A DNA stretch of 55,778 nt, counting the filler, from Sphacelaria rigidula (Eukaryota): assembly GCA_964200075.2 (NCBI GenBank). It is 6 parts of 6 records of this genome, joined end to end, with 100 filler letters (N's around TTAATTAATTAA, not from the genome) between each part and the next. Parts side by side here need not be neighbours in the genome. Positions count along the whole stretch, not along the records: positions 18,629 to 27,841 come from CAXNAA020009031.1; positions 27,942 to 37,154 come from CAXNAA020009032.1; 4 more parts are not named here. One strand, 5' to 3'. Made by a program: the position numbers and the translations under genes. The notes beneath the pieces are model-generated. The model was not told the DNA's origin. It saw nothing but the letters and a program-made list of their open reading frames with translations, and searched no databases. Within the stretch, counting starts at the first letter, position 1, and every line of letters starts with the position of its first letter. Below, piece after piece: positions 24,232 to 36,149 of the stretch.

Positions 24232-25060
24232 GCACACACTCACCCCTTTGGCACCCCCTTTGGCATCCATTCCTGAAAACATCAGCCTTGACCCACCAGC
24301 ATCGCTACTTCCAGAGCCCGTAGTGGATGACATTTTGCCATCACCTCCGGCTACTCCCTGCTGCTCACGTATCGCCGACGATATTCCAGAGGAGAAAATA
24401 CAAGAATATGACGCCCTGGTGCACAAAGATGTCATGCAGCGATTACGCCACACATGCAACAGCGCACAAAGCATCGATTCCCGGGAACTCTGTAGAATAC
24501 ACGAAAATAGCGATATTCGCAGTCACCGATCGTTAGTCCCTATTGCCCGCGTGCGAAGATATCCCAGAAAGAAATACAAATACAAGGCCTCTGCTCATGA
24601 ACATGCCATACAGTGATAGTCCCACATCTGCAACAACGCACACAGCGTCGCCTCCCGAGAACTCTGTAGTGCGTATGGCAGACGTTTAGAACAACAATTC
24701 GCAGTCACCTCCCCCTAGTCCCTGCTGCCTGCGTGCCGCTGAAAACACCCCGGAAACAAATATACGAAATTAAACACGCGTGCGCATGAACATACCATGC
24801 AACGATAGTGCCACCTCTGCAGTGGAACGATGCATGACACGTCGCCTCCGCTCCGGAGAACTCTGTAGAGCGCACGTAGAGAACAAAACTTCGCAGTCAC
24901 CTCCCGCTAGTCCCTGTTACCCCCGTGCGGTTGAAAACACCTCGGAAACAAATATACATGATATAAACCCCCTGCGCATAAACCTGTCATGCACCGATTT
25001 TGCCACACCTGCAATGATGCACAAAGCGTCGCCTTTCGAGAACTCTGTGGAGTGCGTGCT
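24232..25060 (+). pseudogene. Frameshifted exon-like segment of four diverged ~180-bp (~60-aa) repeats
   Basis: Acceptor TTTTCTCAG ends at 24231. Units recur near 24338, 24520, 24702 and 24894 (CAGTCACCTCC...TAGTCCCTG...GAACTCTGT). Translations SPPATPCCSR...HKASIPGNSVE and SPPASPCYPR...HKASPFENSVE. Confidence 0.55.
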
Positions 25061-25320
25061 TATAAAGCTGATAAACAAAGCACACGAAAAACCCTTCATG
25101 CTCATGCTCAGGTCAGATTTGCTCCCAGCCGTTGGAACTACTTGTCCATGGTTTGAATATGAGGAACAACTTTCTAGAGTGCCTTCTCTTGAAGCGCGAG
25201 ATTTTTCACAGATGACCTGCGACGTTGCTGACATAACGCAAAGAGGAACATTGTACGGTCGCTCCTTGCCTCGAAACCCTCCTAATACCCCTCCAAATCA
25301 TACCCCCCGCGCGCTCCGAG

Positions 25321-26658
25321 CTACCCCGGGCACCCATTTGCCCTTGCCCAGCTGGCGATATGGTGATACCCCTGCTGAGAAGCCCACTCACACGTCCTCT
25401 GATCCCATGGGCAGCCATACATTCTTGCCCACTGCAGCACCTCTAGATGCCTTCCAAGCGCCGCCCAGCAGCAGGTATCTTCGTTCCACTCGCACCCGTT
25501 TTGCTTGACCCATTGCAGGATGTCGATGTTTCCCACTGCCGCCGCGGAGCGACAAGTATCAGTGTCCCACGCACAGCCGTTAACAACGGCCCACTGAATC
25601 ACATGTAGGTGACCCCTCGCCGCCGCGAGGCTGCACAGGTTCGCGTCCCACTCGCACCCATACTTGCGCGCCCACTGCAGGACTTCGAGATGCCCCCCTG
25701 CCGCCGCGCCCCCACAAGTGCCGCTATTCCAGGGACACCCGTTCTGACGGACCCAATGTAAGACATGTAGGTGTCCTCTCATGGCCGCGACCGTACAGGT
25801 GCCCTCATTCCAAGGACAACCGTGTTGTCTAGCCCACCGGATCACGTCCAAATGTCCCTGTTCAGCCGCTTGAAGGCATGTCCACTCCCCCCAAGGACAC
25901 CCGTTCGTTCGGGCCCACTGAAGAATATCCAGATGCCCGCCGCCCGCCGATTGGCTACATGTTTCCTCGTCCCACGGACATCCGTTCGCCCTCGCCCACT
26001 CGAGGATCCTCATGTGGCCACCCGCGGCCGCGGCTGCACAGGTGCTCGCATCCCAGGGGCACCCGTTCTCCCTCACCCACTGCAGCATGTCCAGGTGTCC
26101 GTTCTTCGCCGCGTAAGTGCATGTGAAAACGCTCCACGGGCATCCGTTTTCCCTCGCCCAGCGAAGCACGTCGAAGTGCTTCTCAGCTGCTGCTCTCGCG
26201 CATGTAAAGTGGTCCCAGGGACAGCCGTTTTCCCTCGACCACATCAGTACGTCCAGGTGCCCCCCCGCCGCCGCGCTCGAACAGGTGTTGGCATCCCACG
26301 AGCAGCCGTTCGCGCGCGCGTACTGGAGTACCGCGAGATGACCGGCCTCCGCCGCGCGGCTGCAGGTCGTCTCGTCCCAGCTACAGTCATGCGCCCGCGC
26401 GCACCGCATGAGCTGTACGTTTCCGAACCCCGCCACGCTGTTGCAAATACCGTAGCCGCGCTGCAAGCCCCAGTCGAAGCAATGAAGTAGTTGCCAGGGT
26501 GAGGTGTGCGCCGTGACGGCCCTCGTTAGGGTCGGACGCTGGCCCCACGCGCTTCGCCACCTCCGGGAGACCAGAGCAAAGAAAAGGTACTGCTCGTCAT
26601 CAACTAGGTCTGCCACGCTTTTGATGATATCTTCTTGACCCAGGGGGTTGTTGCTCAT
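25321..26658 (-). CDS. Ankyrin-like repeat protein (14 x 27-aa TCxxAAxxGHLxxLxWARxNGCPWD repeats) with N-terminal F-box-like segment; intronless
   Basis: Complete 445-aa ATG-to-TAG ORF. Repeats counted directly. The N-terminus EDIIKSVADLVDDEQYLFFALVSRRWRSAW resembles an F-box (VSRRW). Confidence 0.92.
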   Translation of the reverse strand: MSNNPLGQEDIIKSVADLVDDEQYLFFALVSRRWRSAWGQRPTLTRAVTAHTSPWQLLHCFDWGLQRGYGICNSVAGFGNVQLMRCARAHDCSWDETTCSRAAEAGHLAVLQYARANGCSWDANTCSSAAAGGHLDVLMWSRENGCPWDHFTCARAAAEKHFDVLRWARENGCPWSVFTCTYAAKNGHLDMLQWVRENGCPWDASTCAAAAAGGHMRILEWARANGCPWDEETCSQSAGGGHLDILQWARTNGCPWGEWTCLQAAEQGHLDVIRWARQHGCPWNEGTCTVAAMRGHLHVLHWVRQNGCPWNSGTCGGAAAGGHLEVLQWARKYGCEWDANLCSLAAARGHLHVIQWAVVNGCAWDTDTCRSAAAVGNIDILQWVKQNGCEWNEDTCCWAALGRHLEVLQWARMYGCPWDQRTCEWASQQGYHHIASWARANGCPG

Positions 26659-27752
26659 GCTCTAGCGTTTGACTAGAGGTGCCCAACAACACGGCTGCAG
26701 GATCGTTGGTTGTTTTCTGGTGCTTTTGGCGGGGCGGGGGGAAAGCGAGGCACATGTGTGAGGACGGGATGATGCTTTCGTTAGGGCTTGTTTACAAGTC
26801 ATGCACTTCAAATTTAGGAGAGTGATGACTGACATGAACTCTAAGCAGCGGAGGATAATAATGCACATCAAGGAGGTAATATAAGGCCCAACGTGTTGTG
26901 CATTTTATAAATGTTACGGGAACTGCGCATGCAGTGATAATGGAAGAGCGGCGAAGAGCTTACTTTGACTATCGAAACGATTGCAGTTTGATGAATGTTC
27001 CACCTAGTAGGGCAGCGTTTGTCGACACAATGCCATCGCAGGGTTTACATATACAGCCACAGCAGCTAACAGCCGAGATAAATGTTTCGACGAGTCAGAG
27101 TGGCACTGCAAGGGCTATCCTTGCATGATTTTGTTGACATAGATCTCGTGGCTGCACGTAGCCCTGGTCTCGTGTATAGCCCAGGACGACATAGATTCAG
27201 GCTTTGCTGGAGAGAGCGGGTAAATCACGAACGGGTAATGGACCAACTATATGTTCATGAAAAAATTGCAGCTGCCGCCCCTCGTGAATGACATGGTACA
27301 ATGATCAGCTTGGGCTTCTTCCGTGAGTTCAAATTTCGACTGGGATGAGTTTTTGGTAACCAGCATCGTGCATAAGTCTGAGTTAATGAGTAAGCCAAAA
27401 CAAGATTGACGAGGGACGACGGGCTACAGGGATGCTGATCCACACACTGCTCGACAATAAATTGTCGGAAGACTATTGCTGGGGTAGAGATTGGTTGATC
27501 CCTTGAAACTACCGACATGTTCTGCGGAAGCGGGGTCAAAGTATGCCCCCCTGCCCCCCCCCAAAACGGAGCGTACCGTAGCTTGCAAACGGTTACCTCA
27601 CATGCGTGCAATGCCAGGAGAGAGCACTATCCCAAAGGTTTGGTCGTACCAGGATACAGTAGTGGGCGGTCTAACTATTTAGAGGGATTTGGGGGTTTTC
27701 CTCGCGTACTACTCTTCGATAGAACTGGAAATTGCTAGCGTCGGTAGGTTTT

Positions 27753-27841
27753 GAGTCATCCTACGATAGGGGGGGGGGTATTTGGTTCCACGAAAAAAGA
27801 TGCTCAAAAGTGTGTCAGACATCCTTCCACACTTGCGTTGC
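27753..27841 (+). mobile_element. Terminus of a TIR element truncated by the contig end (same family as 37081-37154)
   Basis: GAGTCATCCTACGATAG(G)nTATTTGGTTCCACGAAAAAAGA...GTGTCAGACATCCTT is nearly identical to 37081-37154. Confidence 0.75.
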
Positions 27842-27941
27842 NNNNNNNNNNNNNNNNNNNNNNNNNNNNNNNNNNNNNNNNNNNNTTAATTAATTAANNN
27901 NNNNNNNNNNNNNNNNNNNNNNNNNNNNNNNNNNNNNNNNN
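27842..27941. other. Artificial contig spacer
   Basis: 44N-TTAATTAATTAA-44N. Confidence 0.98.
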
Positions 27942-28769
27942 TGGATGCGCATTTTTTTGCATTCAACAGTCACCGTGATGAGCGGTGGCAAGCAGAACAA
28001 ATTTGGACAATCTTTGAGAAACCAAGAAATTACGGATTCTGCATACTTCTGACGCTGACTGCTGTAGCCGTAAAATTCTATGCTACTAGAAACACGGAAC
28101 ACATAAATATTTCTAGCGTTGTGATTTTGGTCTGACGTCATACGATAATTGGAGGTAGCGGTTTGGAGTTGAGTTTTCCCTTTCGCGCGGGACAAACAGA
28201 TCTGCTTTTGTGGAAGTCTCCGGACCACCCCCGTAGCTTGGTAGACCGGGGCAACTGCGGCAGCTAGTGTACGTCAAACGTAACCCAAGGTTCAACACCA
28301 ATCGAACGCACGCGCTTCATTTCAGGGAGCGTCCAAGAGCGCGCCCCCTTCATTAGTTTAGCCGCCATCTGTCAGTCAATTCATGCTGCGGATGTCCGAA
28401 TATCCGCAAAATTTTGCAGTACGTGAATTTCTGCGGATAAAGCCGTTCGAAAACATAATCCGCTTCGGAGCGTTTTGTTTTGAAATGGAGCACACCTCTA
28501 CTCGGAAAGTGCGGCAGAAGTCGTACTTGTAAAGTACCTTCTGTTGTCATCATTCAGTGCATCTGAGGGCTAAACCCGTTCAGGGGGTGTACCCCGCCTT
28601 CGCAGACCTCTCCCACAACGAGCTCTTCCTAAAATCGAGGGAGCGGACACTGGATACCATCGCCGCTATTTGTGTCACCTGGGGGGGTTACTCCCCCTCA
28701 AAAAAGGTGTGCTGCCTCGTATATTGCCCCCTCTTCCCTCCCCTCCTCATCCTCCCCCATGTTGGGGAA

Positions 28770-28847
28770 GGAGTAGGAACGGTGCTCGGTTTCGAAAGCG
28801 ATGGGTGGCCGATGATCGAGTGACTAAGGCAAGCAACAAATAAGTAT
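28770..28847 (+). repeat. ~80-bp dispersed repeat (also at 40013-40090, 46400-46466 and inverted within 46835-46930)
   Basis: GGAGTAGGAACGGTGCTC...TCGAAAG...TGACTAAGGCAAGCAACAAATRAGTA. Confidence 0.85.
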
Positions 28848-28870
28848 AGAACGTCCCTCTTACTTCTCAC

Positions 28871-29054
28871 CCATGATGGTCTTCGATATTTCCACTACGT
28901 GTTCCGATTTTCGGAAAAGCATCAGTGCCTCCTCTGCCTCCTTAGGGTTGGTTGCGAACGCTCTGCAGCGACTCTCCATCCACGCCACCGCCTCATCAGG
29001 GCTGCGCAGGGGGGTGCGGGTGGATTGGGGAGGATTCGTGGGATTACGGGACAT
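28871..29054 (-). CDS. First exon of an exportin-4-like (importin-beta family) gene
   Basis: ATG at 29054; MSRNPTNPPQ...EAVAWMESRCRAFATNPKEAEEALMLFRKSEHVVEISKTIM; donor G|GTGAGA at 28870. AExxLxxFRKS resembles the exportin-4 N-terminal HEAT repeat. No later exon was recognised in the contig. Confidence 0.6.
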
Positions 29055-32000
29055 AGATGGTATCAGGTGGTCAACACAGTCGCACACTCTAATAGTACTG
29101 TCGTGGGAACATGGTATATACTGTCAGACCATCTTGGGCGGCTAAGTTTTCCAGGCTGCAGCACAGCTCAGTCCACCAATTTATAAAATCAAAATTCAAT
29201 TGGGGGGGGGAGGGAGAAGCGGGGGGGGGGGGGGTACTCATCATCATGCATATCGTAGTCATAGGACCATTGATCTCGCAGCCCTACAAAGCTGGGACGG
29301 AGCACGCCGGGTTTTAACCGGACCAGGCTCGCACGCAATCACCAAGTGCGAAGCGCCGTGGTGTGTTCGGCGAGTCGCATGAAAAGGGAGAAGGGAGGGG
29401 TGGGGGGGTCGCAGAACGGCAATGGCAGAAAGGATAATTTTGGCGCCAGCGGGTCGCCAGCAAATTGCTCAACTTACGAGAGGTACATTTGCGGTCATCA
29501 GCTCTTGCTGCAGGATTGCAACTGTTCAAGTGAATGAAACGAAAAACCGCTTGGAGCTCATACTGCCACTTGGTCGAATGATTCGTTGAAGAATTTTTTC
29601 GGAAATTCAAGATATTGAAATAACGCTAACAACAGGTCAAGGCGCGAGGGTTCCGAAGGCCAAGTATGCGTTGGGAGACCTCAATCGGCGCCTGGACAAA
29701 GCGCTACATAGGAGTACTTGGGACTGCCAGCCCCACTAAGGATCCGAACATGGGCATTTACTTACGTTAATATAAAGTAATACATTTTTGCGAAAGTTCC
29801 AATCGAGCAAGTCGTGGTATCTACCGACTACTCGGACCTTCATGAATACAGCAAATCAGACAAGGATCTCTTCGATTTCTTTCTCTAGACCTGATTTGAT
29901 TTATCGACGTTGCGGAGCTTGATCTTCATTTGCGGGAAATATGGAGGGTGCGATTCCCGTCGCTCCGGGCGATGCAGTGAGTGATTTACAGTACACGTGC
30001 ATCATCATTGATCCGGGTCGGCACCGCGTCCAAGCTATTATCCACTTCTGTATTTTGTATCGCGCAACAAATCATGCAGATCCCTGAGCACCTCCGTAGG
30101 TGTTACAATAGCACCGCCACTTACTGTTGGAGCGAAATCATTGTGCCAATGAAGAATCAACAGCCGCATAGTGGGGCGCAGTTTTGCAGTGCAGCCGGCC
30201 GCCTTAGCAGAAATTACAGAGCAAAACACACCCATCGACTTGCTATTTTTCACACAGCGATTATGGTGCCCCTGTGTCCGTGCAGTAAATACTACTGTCT
30301 ACCTGGCTGATAAAGGTGCCCAGTCGTCCCCGATGCTGATGGATGTTCCTACGAGTACAAGTATGGCGGTCGGTTTGTTGAGCCTTTGTTGACAAACCCC
30401 ATGTCACCACGAACAGCACAGGAGCACGCGAGCGATGTTGTTGTACGCTCGGGTGTCTGCAACTGCAGATATGCACACACTTCCGAACAAGCTACCACAA
30501 CGCTTGGTACAGTTATCACCCCCAACTCCTTGAAATCACTTCGTGGGCACCTTCCACATGAACCCTTGTGCATGCTTGCGTGTACAGCATACCGTACCGT
30601 ACGAGTCCGGTACGGCAACGTACTAATTTACAGTACAGTATCGAACTATCCACACTGCAGCTCCCAGCGTATACACTACGTTTTCCACTGTGGGTTTTGC
30701 TTGCCTGGTGAAGGTGATCATGGCTTATCCCGAAGGTAGAGACGGGCACTCTGCCGATGGTGGTGGATCGCCTTCTGTACTGGTTGCACAAGCAAGCCCT
30801 GAGAGCACTGACTTGCAGTTTCTCCTGAGAGGACAGTCCTGCGGTCGTGCTTCGCCACAACGGTCGTGAGCCTCCGCTGTTGTTTTCCTCTTTGCCTGCC
30901 TTTATGTGGAGAAGACTTCCTGTCTCCTGCAAGTTTTCTCGCCGAAACGAAGGTAACTGAACTAGACTATGTACGAATTCTCTTGCCTGCTATGTAGTGT
31001 ACCTCCTCTAATCGTCTGGATACGGGTAATTAGCTTCCAAGCAGGGACAGCACAAGGGATGTAGGGTTCCTTTGTATCGGCGTTTTTCACTTGCATATAT
31101 GATAAAATGCAATCCATCAGTTCCCGTTGTTCGTGCACGGCAGATTTACCTAACCTTTCCTCACTATACTATAGTCTCTACTATATTTTGGCTTCATTAT
31201 ATAACGAAAATATTTTTTTCATGCGCAAGAATGTTAAAAAAATGTGAAACTACCTTTTGATGCTCCAGATCTTGTCCATATCTCTAACAATATATTAGTA
31301 TAGGTACAGGTATTAGGACCGCGGGTCTGACTGAAAGCAGACATTTCGAGTCAAATTGCAAGAGGACGTCCTGGCTGGCGTTGGTCGACGCAAGGTTGAG
31401 GTCGTGTGTCTCTTGCCGTCCACATCACCGCTGAAAGTGAGTACTACTACAGTATGGAGTTCTTGATTCTCATATTTAGCCGTCGAATCCTTCTGTCAAG
31501 CACAGTACCGCACAGTACAGCTGTAGTCACCGTCCTGTGCTTCTGCTGTCGTGGTTAGTCCAACCAACGTCAACCCCGCCCCACCGACTGACCCGTGCGG
31601 GGCAGGCCAGCACGGGCAGAGCGCCTCAGCAACTGGCATATGGCGTGTCATCTATTGATTGGCCATCAAATATTGCCGTGAGGGGGGGTGAGCGTTCCTT
31701 CCCTGCTCCGTTGTACTTGCTACCCCACACCGCGTTGTATGCGGATGTAGAGTGTCATGATATACGCAAGGTTGGACAGTCACGACGTCAGGCGGACACG
31801 TTCTCATGTTCGAACATGCGTGGGTCTGCCGACCCGTTGCCCGTGGCGCACCTTCAACCCTGTCCCCACGGTATCGTATCTATTCATCAGAGAAGCTGCT
31901 GAACACTTTCCAACATTTATCGTGCAGTATCGCAGAGTTGTGTGTTTGAGTGCGTGTTGTGTGGTACGACACGGGCAGCGGCGGGTCACGTGGTAGATTA

Positions 32001-32406
32001 CGAGTAGCTCGGCCGTGCACCGTACCGTGGCAATGCCGAAGCGGGTACTGCTCTTCGATACAACACGTCGGCAACAGCCCAAACAGCCGCGTGCTTGCTG
32101 TGTACTTGAATGATATCGTGGGTGTACTACCTTTTCTCCAGCAAACGGAAAGAATACGTCTCTACTGCCGTTCATGCCTATTCCCGCGACGCCTGTCTCT
32201 TGAATCAACAGGCCAGTATCTTGCCGGTGGAAGGCCTATGGAGCGACCCGGACGGACCTAGGCAGCCAGGCACAAGCAGTAACAGCAGCAGTCGCTCATT
32301 GTTTTGCGGGGAAACTCTTTGGCTCAAAGCAATCACTTGTGTAAGGGCGGGACGGCGCGTGGATGAAACGTTTCATTACGGCAGGAAGAGAAAAGAACAG
32401 AGCATA

Positions 32407-34789
32407 ATGGTGGATGAGTCATGTCCGCTTTGCCTTTCCACTACTCAATCATCCGGCAGCTCCAAATGGCACCACCGGCAACGGCGACGACGGCGACGGC
32501 TAGGAAGTGTCGCGTCCGCGGCGGCAACTATCGCCTCTCTTGCCGTGTTCACGCTTAACTCTAGTGGAGGTGCGGGGGGGGGGGAGGCGATGGCAGCTCC
32601 CACACTTCGACCAGCACAGTGGACGCATTTTGTTTCCCTGTACCTATTCGACCGCGCTCGCTGTACCACCCGGCCGCGGCCTCTGGAGCAGCGACCACTG
32701 ACCGCCGGCCAGGAGCTTCTGGAGTGACGGGTTACCGACGCAGCCAGGGAGACAGTAACAGCGGCAGTAGCGCAATACGCGCAACCGCTGGCTCCAGAAG
32801 GAGCAGTAGCAGAGGGGAAAAAATCGCGCAAAATCGTTCGTCACATCGAGGGAGATGTGTGGTGGCGAGCACCAGTAGCCCAGTTTGTTCGGAGAGTGCT
32901 GTGCTAGCGCTAGACATGACCTGTCCCGAGGAAGTGACAGAGGTCTTCAACGGGGGACGGGGGACGGGAGGTACTGGTATCGAGGACCTGGATAAAATGA
33001 AGCTGGCCGAGCTGAAGGTCTTGTACAAAGAACGCGGAGGAAAGCCCAGAGCGATGCGTAAATCTGAACTGATACAAAAATTGACTGATTCGTTTCTCCT
33101 TGCTGGGCAACAACCACAACAGCAACACGATGGTCGGGAGGGAGATGATGGCCGTCTAGTGCATGCGGTAGATCAGGGATCACGTGCTGTAGAAGCACCA
33201 ATAGCATCCGCAACAGCAGTGGCTGCATCGTTTGGCGGTGAGACGGTTACTACGGCGTCCGCGTCACCAAGAAACATCAAGCTGAGCGCAGAAGCGGAGA
33301 CGGGCGCCGGAGGAGTTGGGCACGTGAAGCACAAAGGAGCTGCGGAAAGGCTGAATGGACACATCGTTGCGGCAGATGGCAGCGGCAACTTGCGATCACA
33401 AAATGACCTTGTAGCTTCGAACGCCGCTGTGGTTTCTGGGGAATCTGGAGCTGTTGGCCGTGGTGCCTTCCCTGCTGGTGCTGGTATTGTAGGTAGCATT
33501 ACTACTAGTAGCGCCAGCAGAACCACCACCCGGGCGTCGCTGACGCCACCGCTGTCGCCGACCGATGCTCTGGATCCCGTGACGAGCAGATCATTGCATG
33601 AGAGCGCGCCATTGTCACCTCGGTTGCCATCATCTGCAAGACGGGCTAGCGCAACAACAGAGGAACACGGGGTAGGGTACGGCCTCCACGACATTCAACC
33701 GGCGGGGGCGGGGGCAGTGGCCGCCGCGGCGCGTGCTCGTGCACTGTCGGCCGCGGCCGCGGCCGCGGCAGCGCGGGTAGCGGCAACCGGGCGATCGACA
33801 GCGCTCGTCGGAGCGAGGCGGCACGCGCACGCTGTGCGCGCCCAGGCGTCGAACAGATGGCAACAATCCATCGACGGTCGTCAGTCAACCGACGACAGTC
33901 AAGCACGCATTTTGCCGACCGAGGTGCTAGTAGCAGACGGCGGCGGCGGCGGCGGCGGCGCAGGTGTCGGGGCAAAGATTGAGTCATCATTCAAGACACG
34001 CCGCCAGATGGAGAGGCAAAATGGCGGCGCCGACATGTTGAGAGCGGGATGGAATGACACGGGTGCTGTAGCCGAAGTGCAGGACACGGAGGAAACAGGA
34101 GGGTCAACGATGAGGATGCGTGCACGCAACCTTCAGCGGGTGGCAGCGGAAAATGCCGTGTCCTTCCCCGCGCGCTCGTCGCCCTCCTTGCAGCACGCGG
34201 GCAGTGCCACCTTGAAGAGGCCCACCGCGACCAGTGGTCTGCAAGACGATAATGGAGGCTCGTCTCCTGCCGCTCCAGGCAGGTCGTCCGACCATCGCAC
34301 GGACCCCATCGGCAACAGAAGCAACGACGGCTTCCCAGAAAGAACCTTCTCCACCTCGCGGGAGCACCCTCCGCAGAGGAACGGCGGCAGCCGCGGTGGG
34401 GTGAACGTCCTCCGCGAGGGTAGGTATACTTCGAGAGCAGCGGGCGCACGCACAAGCGGTGGCCGTGATGCAGCGAACATGCACGCTGCGGTGGAGCGTG
34501 AAGCGGGAGGCAACGGAAATGGGTTCGACGAACGCGGTGGCGCTTATCGTGGATCGGGCTCCGCGATGCCGCGGGATACGGGCGGACGTGGAGATGGCAG
34601 AATCGGTGTCAGCGGACGACTCAGGCGGATGCCCAAGGCGTACAATCCTTGGTCGCAAGCAAACAACCCCCTGGCGGACCGGTGGATTTCCGGGGAGGAC
34701 GGTGATGTGGTGGAGGAGTTTTTGACGGCCACCATGATGAATGACGATGAGGATGAAGATGGTCGCCCGGGGGATCCGGTGCTCAGCAG
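32407..34789 (+). CDS. Large first exon of a probably plastid-targeted protein with a SAP/Rho_N-like helix-extension-helix domain; one frameshift in a G11 run
   Basis: ATG 32407 gives an Arg-rich then hydrophobic leader. One extra G at 32574-32584 joins it to VDAFCFP and the 724-aa ORF. LDKMKLAELKVLYKERGGKPRAMRKSELIQKL fits SAP/Rho_N. Donor AG|GTGAAC at 34789/34790. Confidence 0.7.
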
Positions 34790-35184
34790 GTGAACAAGGG
34801 ATCGTCGCGGAATTCGCTCTAGTGGTCGTTTTTGGTTCGTGTATGGTGCAGTCAGTCTGTGTTTCGCGTCTCACCTCGTTCGTGTCCATATGTGAAATAG
34901 TGCTTCAAGATGCGCGTGTGATGATCCCTCGCGAGCCATTCTCTAGTGTGTACAGTATGCTGACGTTCCCGTAGCGTTGCGCCCGGTTCAGCTTCACGTT
35001 CTTGACCACTTCTCCATGAAACAATACACGGTGGGGTTAGCAGACTCAGTGAAGCAGAAAACCACAATCATGATGGCCTTCAACTACCATCCACGTCCAT
35101 GCCTACCTCCTCCGAGAACTCCGGTCGAATATATCCCAGCATAGCGCGCAAAGTGACGATCGATATTTTTACGGTTATGTTCCG

Positions 35185-35706
35185 TGGAGTACGGTTTTCT
35201 GTATACCGGGGTATTTTCCCGCGTATTTAAGGTACCCGACAGTTCTGTGACTTCTGTAAGACTTTCATACCAGTATCCGACAGTTGTGTAAACTCTACAA
35301 GACTTTCATCCCCTTACCCGATAGTTCTGTGATTCTGTACGCCTCCCGTACCGGTACCGGAGGGCACGGATTTGCTCTTGGTGAGATACCCGGTTGCGGG
35401 TACGGTTTCTGTGCAACCTCTATGCCCTATCCGGCAGTTTCTGTGAATTCTGTAAGCCCCTCATACTATCCCGACAGTTCTGTGAGTTCAGTATGCTGTG
35501 TTTACCCGTACCCGGAGCGCGGGTGTGCCCTGGAAGAAATACCCGGTTGCTGGTACGGTTTTCTGTAAGCCTCCCATACCCTACCCGATAAGTTCTGTAA
35601 TTTCTGTAAGACTTTCAAACCGGTACCTGACAGTTTTTTACTCTCTGTAATACTTTTATAGCGGTACCCGATATTTCCTCAAGTCCTGTAAGGCATCTCA
35701 TACCCT
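35185..35706 (+). repeat. Intronic degenerate ~41-bp minisatellite with interspersed larger units
   Basis: TACCCGACAGTTCTGTGANTTCTGTAAGACTTTCATACC-type units, plus recurring ATACCCGGTTGC...GTACGGTTT blocks. Confidence 0.8.
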
Positions 35707-36149
35707 ACAGCACACAACCTTGGATATTTCCCACCAACTGGCAAAACATATACAGTACCGCACAAACGCGATGGTCATTTTCTATTCTGGGATCCAAAAT
35801 GTGATCGCACCACACTTCCGCTGTACGGCATAACATATGCTGCTTTACACATAAGTAGGGCATTAGTATACTAGCAGCTATCGGTCGAGGCCAAGATTGT
35901 GCTCTTTGCCCCACAGGCTGACGTTTTTTTTTACTTTCTCGTGGTGTATACACAGAGTAGTAACAGCGAGTAAGCCGATAATCGAAACTGTCGCTTAGAG
36001 CAGAGATCAATCCCCAAATAGATTTACTGTGTAGAGTGCTGTAGAAAGATATCCCCTAAAGAGCCTGCGTACCGGAGACTGAATAACGTCAGATAGGAAG
36101 ATCCAAAAAAGACAAGAACAACAAGAAAAGGAAGAGCCTTTGGCAACGA

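Noticed and set aside
24780-25508. 242-aa plus-strand ORF as an intact gene
   Set aside because: It starts inside the frameshifted repeat array and its 3' part is antisense read-through of the ankyrin-like gene.
25771-26490. Plus-strand 239-aa ORF and other ORFs overlapping the ankyrin-like gene
   Set aside because: Antisense shadows of a GC-rich repetitive CDS.
32732-34889. Multiple minus-strand ORFs over the large exon
   Set aside because: Shadow ORFs of GC-rich coding sequence with no independent motifs.
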